Below the pieces are notes generated by a model. The model was not told the DNA's origin and did no database searches. It saw only the letters and a program-made list of their open reading frames with translations. A program made the translations under genes and the position numbers. From the IMG/VR virus record IMGVR_UViG_3300035182_002586, positions 372,001 to 436,000 of that record: a stretch of DNA of 64,000 bases; one strand, given 5' to 3'. Positions within the stretch are counted from its first letter, which is position 1. Every line of letters starts with the position of its first letter. Below are positions 50,116 to 58,409 of the stretch, piece by piece.

Positions 50116-50406
50116 CTACATGCCGGGGAAAGAAAGTTGGCGGGGGTCGCCACCCTCCTCAACCGCTGCGGCTACCGCGAGCAGAGCGCTCCGAGGCCCT
50201 ACGGTCCCCACGAACGCCCGTGCGACCACGAGCGCGGAAGTCCAGGAGACCTGTGCGCCACCGCTCTTCGTGAGCGTCCACGCGGCCTCTCCGGACTTCT
50301 GCGCCTCCGTGCAGGGGCCGATCGTCACCCCTCGTGAGGTCAGCGTGCGACCCGCGATGAGCAGGCCCTCTACCCTTCGTACGACGTAGGAAGTGTCGTT
50401 CGACAT
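50116..50406 (-). CDS. Hypothetical protein
   Basis: AGGAG RBS. Confidence 0.5.
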   Translation of the reverse strand: MSNDTSYVVRRVEGLLIAGRTLTSRGVTIGPCTEAQKSGEAAWTLTKSGGAQVSWTSALVVARAFVGTVGPRSALLAVAAAVEEGGDPRQLSFPGM

Positions 50407-50436
50407 CTCCTACGTCGTATGACAAGAGGAAGTTCG

Positions 50437-51756
50437 CTAGCCGTCGACAGACACTTCCTTCGCCGAGCAGTAGTGCAACTGCCCGCAATCGGGGCAGGTC
50501 ACCTCGACCTCGCCGCCCATCTTGCGGGGCTTGGCCGAGAGCTGCTTCTTGCACTTGTGGCAGGCGAACGAGCGGTCGACCGTCTCCTCCTCGGGCGGGA
50601 TGTAGACCTCGGGGCGGTCCCGGACGGCCCACCCGATCGACGGGCGGATCACGAGCGTCTCCGGGTCCTGCGAGTAGCCGAGGAGCCCCGCGACGAACTC
50701 CATCGGGAACTCCTGCTCGTAGTAGGACCACTTGAAGTCGACCTTCGAGAGGCTCGGGGGCACGGAGTCTACGGTCGGTCCGTGGTGGGAGTCGAAACCC
50801 GTGTCACGGTGACGCAGCTCGGAGGCGGGGCGCTCCCCCCACTTGAGGACGGTGGAGTTCTGGCACGTGTACTTGCCCGGGGACTTCCAGTCCTCGACGT
50901 ACGGGAAGAAGAACTGGATCCAGCCCGTCACGAAGGGCCCACCGGAGCCGCCCCCCTGGTGGTAGATGGACTGCCAGAACTTCTGGTCCTCCTGGCTCAG
51001 CGGGCCGTCGAATGCCCGGACGAAGTACTGGAGGATGCCGGAGAGGGGTTTCGTCCACCACCCGAGGTCGTACTCGGCGAGGACTTCCGCCCGCTGCTGG
51101 ACGCTCTTCCAATCGGCCTGCGTACCGAGGAGCGTGACCTCGGGGATCCCGCACATCGTCGAGACGCGGTACTCGAAGTAGTTGCGCATCGCGTCCATCA
51201 GGACGACCTCGGAAGCGGCGCGCTCGACGGGGCCCGTGGTCGAGAAGGCGGAGACCACGAGGTCCCGCTGCTTGCCGATGTGCTCGCCGATCTGATCGGA
51301 GAACTCGCCGAAGACCCCCTGCCAGTCGTTGGCGGCGGAGCCCTTCACGAAACTGTCCCGGACGACGAGCAGCTCTTTCTTGCCCTCGTGCTGGACGAAC
51401 CGGCTGCGCAAGGCTTCGGCGTTCGCGTCCACGTGCCGGGCGAACCCCTGCGCGATCGTGAGCCAGATGTCGTCCGGGCTCAGGGCGAGGGGGTAGTGAC
51501 GGTTGAACGCCGCGTCCACGGCCCCGAGGAGCCCGTTCGGCGTCCAGCCGTCGCAGATGTTCGGCGTGTTGACGCCGGACGCCTCGATGGTCGGCGGGGG
51601 CTTGGAGTGGCCCTCTTTGACATACCGGCTTGGCTTCACGCCGAGCTGGACGGAGAACGCCTTGTTGAAGTCCTGCGAGGTCGCGAGAGGGCCTTCCGGC
51701 TTGGTGAGCGGATTGCCCCTCGCGTCCTTCTCGTTGACCTTGAACTTGATCGCCAT
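50437..51756 (-). CDS. DUF4419-family protein with C-terminal zinc ribbon
   Basis: NGLLGAV..AFNRHYPLALSPDDIWLTIAQG, CGIPEVTLLGT..DW, GSGGP.VTGWI. Confidence 0.8.
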   Translation of the reverse strand: MAIKFKVNEKDARGNPLTKPEGPLATSQDFNKAFSVQLGVKPSRYVKEGHSKPPPTIEASGVNTPNICDGWTPNGLLGAVDAAFNRHYPLALSPDDIWLTIAQGFARHVDANAEALRSRFVQHEGKKELLVVRDSFVKGSAANDWQGVFGEFSDQIGEHIGKQRDLVVSAFSTTGPVERAASEVVLMDAMRNYFEYRVSTMCGIPEVTLLGTQADWKSVQQRAEVLAEYDLGWWTKPLSGILQYFVRAFDGPLSQEDQKFWQSIYHQGGGSGGPFVTGWIQFFFPYVEDWKSPGKYTCQNSTVLKWGERPASELRHRDTGFDSHHGPTVDSVPPSLSKVDFKWSYYEQEFPMEFVAGLLGYSQDPETLVIRPSIGWAVRDRPEVYIPPEEETVDRSFACHKCKKQLSAKPRKMGGEVEVTCPDCGQLHYCSAKEVSVDG

Positions 51757-51835
51757 GAGGGGCGATCTACACCGTCTAGTCTTGCACTTGGGAGCGGCAA
51801 GCAGCTTTTCCAGTTTGGGTGCAGGGGCACACCGC

Positions 51836-52180
51836 CTAGAAGCGCTTGCCCTTGAGCAGCGAGTCGATCGTGCGGACGAGGGAGTCGTTGTACACGCCTT
51901 CGACCTTGCCCTCCTCGACCCACTTGATGCCCGTCGCCATGCGACGGCCGAGGATCTTCTCGAAGGTCTGCGCGTTGCGGCCCACGGTGACCTCGTAGAG
52001 GTCGCTGCCGGCGTCGAGCTTCACGATGACCTTGCGGCCACGCGCGAGGCAGAACTGGACGCCCGACTCGTCGAAGAGGACTTCCGTGCGGCCGGACATC
52101 CCGGTGATGCCCCACGAAGCGAGGGCGTAGCGGTCGGTGGCGCGGATCTGAGCGATGATGGTGGAGGCAACGGGGGTCAT
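51836..52180 (-). CDS. Hypothetical protein
   Basis: Follows a GATGGATC cassette; high GC3. Confidence 0.65.
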   Translation of the reverse strand: MTPVASTIIAQIRATDRYALASWGITGMSGRTEVLFDESGVQFCLARGRKVIVKLDAGSDLYEVTVGRNAQTFEKILGRRMATGIKWVEEGKVEGVYNDSLVRTIDSLLKGKRF

Positions 52181-52223
52181 GTCCCCTCTACAACGCGAGG
52201 GGTGGACCGATCCATCGAGATTG

Positions 52224-52493
52224 TTACAGCTTCCCGGTCAGATGGTACCGGTAGCGGCCGATCGTCTTGTCGAGCAGACCGTCGAGCGTGTCTTCCCCCA
52301 AGGTCCGCAGCGTGACCATCTTCCCGGGCATGATCCGGAAGCGCTTGTCACGCGCGGGGACTGCGACCGAAGTATCGAACGAGTACTGCCCTTGGATCAG
52401 AACGCGGTTGACCGTGACCATCGTGGCCTCGGGGATGGCTACCTGGATGGCCGCGCACAGCGTGTCGATGTCGTCGAGGGTCGGGGTCGGCAT
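52224..52493 (-). CDS. Hypothetical protein
   Basis: Follows a GATGGATC cassette. Confidence 0.65.
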   Translation of the reverse strand: MPTPTLDDIDTLCAAIQVAIPEATMVTVNRVLIQGQYSFDTSVAVPARDKRFRIMPGKMVTLRTLGEDTLDGLLDKTIGRYRYHLTGKL

Positions 52494-52531
52494 GTCTCCT
52501 CTACAGCGGGGCGCGGCCCCTGATCCATCCC

Positions 52532-52831
52532 CTACACCGAGACCATCGCGAACGCGTCGGCCAGGGCGGCCAAGAAGCTCGTGCGCTGCATCCAGATCGT
52601 GGTCGACGTGTCGCCGTTGTCACGGCTCGCGCAGTAGTAGCGGCCGAAGGGGCCAACCTGAACGTCGAGAACCGAGTCCTTGCCGTCCTTGACGAGGATG
52701 ACTGACGCGTCCTCGGACTCGTCCTTGGCGGGCTCGAAGCGCAGTTCGTACCCATGCTCACGCGCGAGCTTGGTGGACTTGGCCGAGATCGGGTTGTGGT
52801 TCACGTCGCGGGGGGTACGGGAGGTTGCCAT
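52532..52831 (-). CDS. Hypothetical protein
   Basis: Start MATSRTP after a cassette. Confidence 0.65.
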   Translation of the reverse strand: MATSRTPRDVNHNPISAKSTKLAREHGYELRFEPAKDESEDASVILVKDGKDSVLDVQVGPFGRYYCASRDNGDTSTTIWMQRTSFLAALADAFAMVSV

Positions 52832-52872
52832 GCTCCCTTTACAATGCGGGACCCGGATCGATCCATCGGGGG

Positions 52873-53169
52873 TCAGGGCGTGATCTTCGACGCCCACTCG
52901 GCCAGGGCCGTCGCGAGGTTGCCACCATTCGCTTCCGCAGCCTTCACGACCTCCTCGACGCGACCGTAGTGGTGGCTCCAGCCGTTCCCGAAGACGATGT
53001 TCGCCTTGTGTTCCCAGCAGACGGCCAGCATCTCGGTGCAGATGTTCGTCTGGCGCGAGACCTCGGACTTCGCACTGCTCTTCTTCAGGAGCAGGCCGGA
53101 GAGGGTCGCCAGGTTGTACTCGGTGGCGTTCGCGTACTGGTTGAAAATGTCCTTGGGGCCACGGTTCAT
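52873..53169 (-). CDS. Hypothetical protein
   Basis: GAGGAGG RBS. Confidence 0.6.
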   Translation of the reverse strand: MNRGPKDIFNQYANATEYNLATLSGLLLKKSSAKSEVSRQTNICTEMLAVCWEHKANIVFGNGWSHHYGRVEEVVKAAEANGGNLATALAEWASKITP

Positions 53170-53179
53170 GACATCCTCC

Positions 53180-53455
53180 TCACACCAGATCGAAGATCAC
53201 GCCCTTATCCTGGTCGGCAAAGTGGAACTTCGCCGTCTCACTGTCGACCTTGAAGGTCACGTAGCGCGTCCCGATGTCGGTGACGAGGCAACCACCGCCG
53301 CTGCCGCTGCCGCAGAAGGCGAGTTCGCCCTTGGAGTCGGTCACCGTGCTCTGGATGCGCAGCGCGGGCTTATGCCCGAAGAGCACCTGAAAGGCCGCCA
53401 CGACCTGGTTCAGCTCGCGGATGGAAGAGACCTCACGACGAATGTTGCTCGACAT
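53180..53455 (-). CDS. Hypothetical protein
   Basis: GGAGG RBS. Confidence 0.6.
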   Translation of the reverse strand: MSSNIRREVSSIRELNQVVAAFQVLFGHKPALRIQSTVTDSKGELAFCGSGSGGGCLVTDIGTRYVTFKVDSETAKFHFADQDKGVIFDLV

Positions 53456-53456
53456 G

Positions 53457-53642
53457 TCAGACCTCCTCAGAGACGCGGGCGACGGCCTTGTTGAGACGGC
53501 GGGCCGCGCGAGCGGTGAAGCGCTTGGCCCAACGGGTGGACTTGGGGGAGCGGGCGACGGGCGACTCGAAGAAGTCGTGGCCCTTGAAGCTGTGGCAGGC
53601 GACGAGCGCCTTTTCGGCCTTGCGGAGGGATGCGGTGTTCAT
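53457..53642 (-). CDS. Small basic hypothetical protein
   Basis: Follows a cassette. Confidence 0.6.
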   Translation of the reverse strand: MNTASLRKAEKALVACHSFKGHDFFESPVARSPKSTRWAKRFTARAARRLNKAVARVSEEV

Positions 53643-53681
53643 ATCCCCACTACCGCGCGACCCCCGGATCGATCCATCAGG

Positions 53682-53963
53682 CTACTCGTCGAATTCCTCC
53701 GCAGCGAGGGAAGCCTCGAAATCCGCGTCGTCCCCGGCCCGGCGGGCGAAGTCCTCCGCGAACGCGTCCTGGATGAACGCCTTGGGCGGGGTCTTGGCCG
53801 CGAACGCCTCTGCGGCGACCATCTTGAGGTCGTAGGGGTCGTCGTCCGCGAAGCAGTCCGCGAGCCCAAGCTCGCTCTCCGCGTAGGCGGCGGCTCTTTC
53901 TCTCCACTGCTCGAAGGTCAGGACCGAAGCGGCCCTGACCCTCTTCTTGCGCCTCGCACCCAT
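53682..53963 (-). CDS. Small acidic hypothetical protein
   Basis: Start coupled to the upstream TGA. Confidence 0.55.
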   Translation of the reverse strand: MGARRKKRVRAASVLTFEQWRERAAAYAESELGLADCFADDDPYDLKMVAAEAFAAKTPPKAFIQDAFAEDFARRAGDDADFEASLAAEEFDE

Positions 53964-54553
53964 CACGCCCCCACGGGCGCGCCGCAGTTGAGCGAGCGGT
54001 TGCGGTAGAGGCCCTCGGAGCGGCGCTTGGCTGCGATCGCGCCACGGTCGCCGATGAGGGCTTCCCACTGGCGGGCGGAGAGGGGGGAGCGGTACTTGCG
54101 CTCCTCAGCCGGGGTCTCTAGCCAGGCGACGATCTGGTCGCGGAGCGACTTGCGGAACTCCGAGCGGAAGTTCTTGGTCTTGAGGAGCGTGGCGGCCGCC
54201 ATGCACTCGGCCATGTCCAGGCCGCGGAGACCGCGCTGCCACGCCTCGCACCAGGTCGGGTCCACGCCCGCGCCCCACAGGTACTTCCACGCGGTCACGT
54301 TGTCGGCCCACGACTGGACCGAGAGCCACGACGGGAGCGTGACCTCGTGGACCTCGTACTTGTTCGCGGTCACGAGCATGTCGTTGTCGTACGACATGCA
54401 GTAGCTCTCCTTGATCGAGAGCAGGTGGTCGTCGGCGCCGTCCACGAACGCGCGGATCGGGTCCGCGGCGGTGGTGACGTTCTCGCCCGTCTTCTGGAAG
54501 AGGACGCGGATGGTGGTGAGGGTCGAGGCGGCGGAGGCGGTCGTGATGTCCAT
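53963..54553 (-). CDS. Hypothetical protein
   Basis: Follows a cassette; high GC3. Confidence 0.65.
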   Translation of the reverse strand: MDITTASAASTLTTIRVLFQKTGENVTTAADPIRAFVDGADDHLLSIKESYCMSYDNDMLVTANKYEVHEVTLPSWLSVQSWADNVTAWKYLWGAGVDPTWCEAWQRGLRGLDMAECMAAATLLKTKNFRSEFRKSLRDQIVAWLETPAEERKYRSPLSARQWEALIGDRGAIAAKRRSEGLYRNRSLNCGAPVGA

Positions 54554-54586
54554 GTCCCTCCTACAACGCGGGCCAGACCCGATCCA

Positions 54587-54865
54587 TCAACTTTCGATCG
54601 CGAGGACGATGTAGCCCGTGGGCTTGCCCCCATCGAGCACGACCATGCCCATGCCCTGCACCTCGTCCAGGTTGATCAGGCCATACTTCGACGGCGAGAT
54701 GTCCAGGCCACGAACGTCGAGCACGGGCCGGAGGGACATCTTCTCCAAGTCCACGTGGTCGAGCGCGATGGAGGTGAGCTTCCGAAAGACCCCCATGAAG
54801 GTCCAATCGGGGGTCGTGTTGAAGGTCGATGGCGCGGGGTCTCGGTAGAGTAGGATGAACAGCAA
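54587..54865 (-). CDS. Hypothetical protein
   Basis: GGAGG RBS with TTG start. Confidence 0.5.
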   Translation of the reverse strand: MLFILLYRDPAPSTFNTTPDWTFMGVFRKLTSIALDHVDLEKMSLRPVLDVRGLDISPSKYGLINLDEVQGMGMVVLDGGKPTGYIVLAIES

Positions 54866-54877
54866 GGGGCCTCCAAG

Positions 54878-55507
54878 TCAGCGAAAGATCGCAGCACCGG
54901 GCATGGTCTTGGGCTCCGGGCGGCCGAGCTTCCGCCGGATCGCGGACGCCAGCATGTCCGGGAGGGTGCCCACGTCCGTAGGCAGCCCGGCGTCCTCACA
55001 GGCCGCCAGGAGCCACTGCAACAGCGCCACCTGCCCCTGCTCTCCGAGGTTCACCTGACTCGTGTTCGTGGGTGTACGGCGCCCACAGAGGGCGGGGTCG
55101 CTCACGACGAGGTGGGTCCGGCAGGGAGCCGGACGGTACTCGTATACTCGACAGAGCTTGGTCTCGGGGTCGAGCAGGGCACACTGGTGGCGCGCCTGCC
55201 ACCACTCGTGGCGGAGCGGGCCGATGTCGTCCGCGCCCCACACGAGGGCGACGGACTGACGGTCGAGGTTCGCGAGGATGGCCTCTACGTCCCCTTTGAG
55301 CGCCGGGTCGTTCACCACACGGTCCGCCAGTGCGTCCGCCTCGACGGCCGTAAGGACCACGAGGAGTTCGCAACAGGCGGAGCACCCCTTGGTGCAGGTC
55401 GGATGGTGCCGCTCGGCGGCGATCTGCATACTCCGGTCGATCTCCTGATAGATCGGGAGCAGAACGCGCGTCGAGCTGCGCTTCTTGGGGGTGGCCTTCT
55501 TAGGCAC
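54878..55507 (-). CDS. YkgJ-family Cys-cluster protein
   Basis: CTKGCSACC...CALLD...CRVYEYRPAPCR. Confidence 0.85.
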   Translation of the reverse strand: MPKKATPKKRSSTRVLLPIYQEIDRSMQIAAERHHPTCTKGCSACCELLVVLTAVEADALADRVVNDPALKGDVEAILANLDRQSVALVWGADDIGPLRHEWWQARHQCALLDPETKLCRVYEYRPAPCRTHLVVSDPALCGRRTPTNTSQVNLGEQGQVALLQWLLAACEDAGLPTDVGTLPDMLASAIRRKLGRPEPKTMPGAAIFR

Positions 55508-55799
55508 GCCGGACCTCGATCCGGTGCTCGGGGCGGCCGTCGTTCATGGCGACGAACACGTCCGAGAGGCGGTTCGTGTGACGGGCGTAGAACACGACCG
55601 TCTTGCCGCTGAGGCGGCCGTTCAGGAAGTAGAGAACGACCTGAACCTTGTGGCTGTAGTCGGCGCCGAGGGGCGTGATCGACTTGATCTGCGCCGTCGT
55701 CCCCTTGACGACATCGCGGCCGTTGCAGCCCTTCTCGATGCGGACGCGGGCGCCAGCGGTGAGAGCGGGGAGGGCGGGGGTGGTCGTCGTGGTGGTCAT
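55500..55799 (-). CDS. Hypothetical protein
   Basis: Start MTTTTTTP after a cassette. Confidence 0.6.
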   Translation of the reverse strand: MTTTTTTPALPALTAGARVRIEKGCNGRDVVKGTTAQIKSITPLGADYSHKVQVVLYFLNGRLSGKTVVFYARHTNRLSDVFVAMNDGRPEHRIEVRRA

Positions 55800-55853
55800 G
55801 TTCCCTCTACAACGCGTGGGTGGGGACGATCCATCAGAGAAGAAGTACACCAA

Positions 55854-56261
55854 TCAGATCCGGGACCACTTAGCCGAAGCCTCGGGGCGGTCACCCTTGC
55901 GAAGCGCGTCACGGACGACTTCTGCGAACGCACGGGCCGAGGTACGCGACGAGAACCGACGCTTGCTGGACCAGCTACCGCCGAGGAGGTCCTCGACCAC
56001 GATGACGAACTCGTTCGAGATCGCCTGGACGTGGACGTAGTGGGTGGGGTAGCGACCCACGGTCGAGGCGCGCGCCATCTCGGCGCCCACCGTCACGCGC
56101 TCCTGCTGCGCGGGAGTCATCGAGCGGTACTGGCTGCGGAGAGCCGCGAGGCGCTCGTTGTTCGCCTCGACCTCGCCGTCCGCCGTCACGCCCTCGTAAC
56201 CCTGGTGGTTCCAGATGAGGTCGTTGAGGTCCGCGTCCGAGAGCTTGGTGGAGGGGGCCAT
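55854..56261 (-). CDS. Hypothetical protein
   Basis: Follows a cassette. Confidence 0.6.
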   Translation of the reverse strand: MAPSTKLSDADLNDLIWNHQGYEGVTADGEVEANNERLAALRSQYRSMTPAQQERVTVGAEMARASTVGRYPTHYVHVQAISNEFVIVVEDLLGGSWSSKRRFSSRTSARAFAEVVRDALRKGDRPEASAKWSRI

Positions 56262-56294
56262 GCTCCTACTACAACGCGAGGCGCGGCCGATCCA

Positions 56295-56654
56295 TCAGCC
56301 CTCGGGTGGATCTTCCTCCACCGAGCTGAAGTTCCCACTCAGGAGGGACGCCAGCTCTTTCATGGCGTCCAGCTTGTCTTCGAGGCTACGGCGCGCGACC
56401 TGGAGCGCTTCGAGCTTCGCACTCTCCGCGTCCGCGATGTCCGCCTGGAGGCGAACCCGGTCGAGCCCGAGCTGAGGGCAGGACACGAACCACACGTCTT
56501 TCTCGTGGATCCACCCGTGGATGCTGATGCGGAGACCCTTGTGCGCCACCTCCCACGCGTCCGCGCGGGCCTCACCCCGGCGCTGGCCGGGCATGTAGCT
56601 GTAGCTCGTCACGTCCTTCCACTCGGGCTTCGCCGGGGGTGGCGGGAGCGGCAC
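56295..56654 (-). CDS. Hypothetical protein
   Basis: 119-aa ORF. Confidence 0.55.
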   Translation of the reverse strand: MPLPPPPAKPEWKDVTSYSYMPGQRRGEARADAWEVAHKGLRISIHGWIHEKDVWFVSCPQLGLDRVRLQADIADAESAKLEALQVARRSLEDKLDAMKELASLLSGNFSSVEEDPPEG

Positions 56655-56710
56655 GTTGATCGGGCGGGGGGGTCTTCTTGCGGGACGCCAGGACTCAATC
56701 TCCAGAGGGG

Positions 56711-56737
56711 AAGAAGAGGGGGCGTTTCCGCCCCCTC
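56711..56737 (-). terminator. Probable intrinsic terminator
   Basis: GAGGGGGCG-GAAA-CGCCCCCTC then TTCTT on the minus strand. Confidence 0.7.
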
Positions 56738-56744
56738 GGGGATG

Positions 56745-57323
56745 TCAGGCGAGGACCGCCAGGGTGTCACCCACGCGGACGACGCTGCCGGCGCCGAAGA
56801 CGGCGGCGAGAGCCTCCATGAGGGCCGGCTCGGACGAGACGGGCATCACGCGAGCCTTGCGCGCGCGGTCCCACGAGGCGCCCGCGATGCGGTAGCAGGC
56901 CGAGATGAACCGCTCGTTGTAGGGGGTCTTCACGACCAGGGTGTTGCCGTCGCGCTCGACCGAGAGGTCCGAGAGGCGCTTGGCCACGCGGTTCGCCAGC
57001 TTGGTGAAGCCGCAGGCAGCCACGGCGGCCGTCCAGCGGGCCACGTTCTCGCCCGTCTGCTTGAGCGCGATCCGGTGGACCAGGACGTTCGCCGCGCGGC
57101 GGGCGTCACCCTCGACGATGGCCTTGGTGGCCTCGGGGACGTCGTACGCGAGAGCGAACGCTTCCTCAGGGTCCATGGCCGTCTGAGACTTGCTGAGGCC
57201 GTGACGCTTTGCACACTCAGGACCAACGCCACGTTCAACGGATTCTGCGTCAACAAGCTCTTTGCCGCAGCAGGCACAGTGAGTGGCCACGAGGATCGTC
57301 GCGGGAGCGTTTTCGTATGACAT
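56745..57323 (-). CDS. DUF6011-like zinc-finger protein
   Basis: CACCGKELVDAESVERGVGPECAKR; start MSYENAP after a cassette. Confidence 0.7.
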   Translation of the reverse strand: MSYENAPATILVATHCACCGKELVDAESVERGVGPECAKRHGLSKSQTAMDPEEAFALAYDVPEATKAIVEGDARRAANVLVHRIALKQTGENVARWTAAVAACGFTKLANRVAKRLSDLSVERDGNTLVVKTPYNERFISACYRIAGASWDRARKARVMPVSSEPALMEALAAVFGAGSVVRVGDTLAVLA

Positions 57324-57432
57324 GCCCCCTCTACAACAGGGGGAGCTAGAGATCCATCGGCATGGCGAACGATTTCCACGTGGGCCAAACACACGGGCGG
57401 CACGTACGCGGTCCAACACCAGTGTTGACGGG

Positions 57433-57735
57433 TCACCCCTTACAGAGGGTGTACCCCTTCTCCGGGGCCTTGGCCCTGAACTCCTCGTAGAAGCGGTCCG
57501 CCGCTTCCTTCCCGTCCCCATACGTGGGCCACGGGCGCCCCACGACACGCTGCGCCAGCACCTTCCCCATCGCCTCTCGGGTGCAGGTGTCCATCCCCCC
57601 AAGGAGGAGTTCCGACGCCACGGCCGGGTCCATGAGCAGCTCACGCGCCTGCTCGTCGGTGAGGTCGACCTCCATCCAGTCGTGGCACTCAGCGCGGGCA
57701 GCAGCGATGTCTTTGGGAGAGGGCTCGAAGGTCAT
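57433..57735 (-). CDS. Hypothetical protein
   Basis: ATG 10 nt after CGGTGTA. Confidence 0.6.
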   Translation of the reverse strand: MTFEPSPKDIAAARAECHDWMEVDLTDEQARELLMDPAVASELLLGGMDTCTREAMGKVLAQRVVGRPWPTYGDGKEAADRFYEEFRAKAPEKGYTLCKG

Positions 57736-57755
57736 GCCCTCGATCTACACCGGGG

Positions 57756-58274
57756 TCACGACGCCGGAACGACGGTCGCGCGCAAGTCCAGGGTAGCTTC
57801 ACGCAGCGCCCGGATGCGATCGAGCCCGGCTTCCTTTGACGCAGTGAGAGAGATCTGCGTCACGTTCGCCTTGCCCGCCTCGTAGTAGACGAAGCCCACG
57901 AGGCGTCGCATGGGATCGTCCGCTCGGTAGAGCTTCTTGCCTTCGAGGGCATCGAGGGCCTGAGCTACGTCGGAGGTTACTTCCGCGTCCGTCTTGCGCT
58001 CCATGAGCGTGTGGTTGCGGGTCGGGCGGTAGCAGCCCACCTCGACGACGTTCGGGACGACGAAGCCGAAGGGCATCCACTCGAAGGACGCGACCTCTTC
58101 CTGATCCCCCACCTGTCGGAAGCACATGTACCCGATCACGCCGTGTGTCGGGAGGTCCGCCGGGAGCTTCGTCCACCCCTCGGCGACGAGCTTGTCAGCG
58201 GCGGCCCTCATGGCTTCGTACGTTGGAAACGCCTTCTTGGCGGTCTCCGCGAGCGTCTGTTCGTAACTGTTCAT
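57756..58274 (-). CDS. Hypothetical protein
   Basis: 172-aa ORF. Confidence 0.6.
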   Translation of the reverse strand: MNSYEQTLAETAKKAFPTYEAMRAAADKLVAEGWTKLPADLPTHGVIGYMCFRQVGDQEEVASFEWMPFGFVVPNVVEVGCYRPTRNHTLMERKTDAEVTSDVAQALDALEGKKLYRADDPMRRLVGFVYYEAGKANVTQISLTASKEAGLDRIRALREATLDLRATVVPAS

Positions 58275-58409
58275 GTTGATGCGATCCCCTTGTGATCAGG
58301 GGGTTCGCATCGAAAGAAATGTCTACCGCGCCCCGTTCCAACGCGGTTGGTGTATATCAAGCCGACCGAGCTGTGATGGATCAGAGCTACCCCCTGCGGT
58401 AGTAGGACC

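Larger units (their letters stand above)
45499..58382. promoter_or_regulatory. Dispersed family of 11 GATGGATC-N14/15-(TT)GTAG promoter-like cassettes
   Basis: GATGGATC on the minus strand at 45499, 50101, 52209, 52522, 52860, 53671, 54581, 55828, 56289 and 57351, and on the plus strand at 58375; 27-28 nt (one case 31) from the start ATG. Confidence 0.85.
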
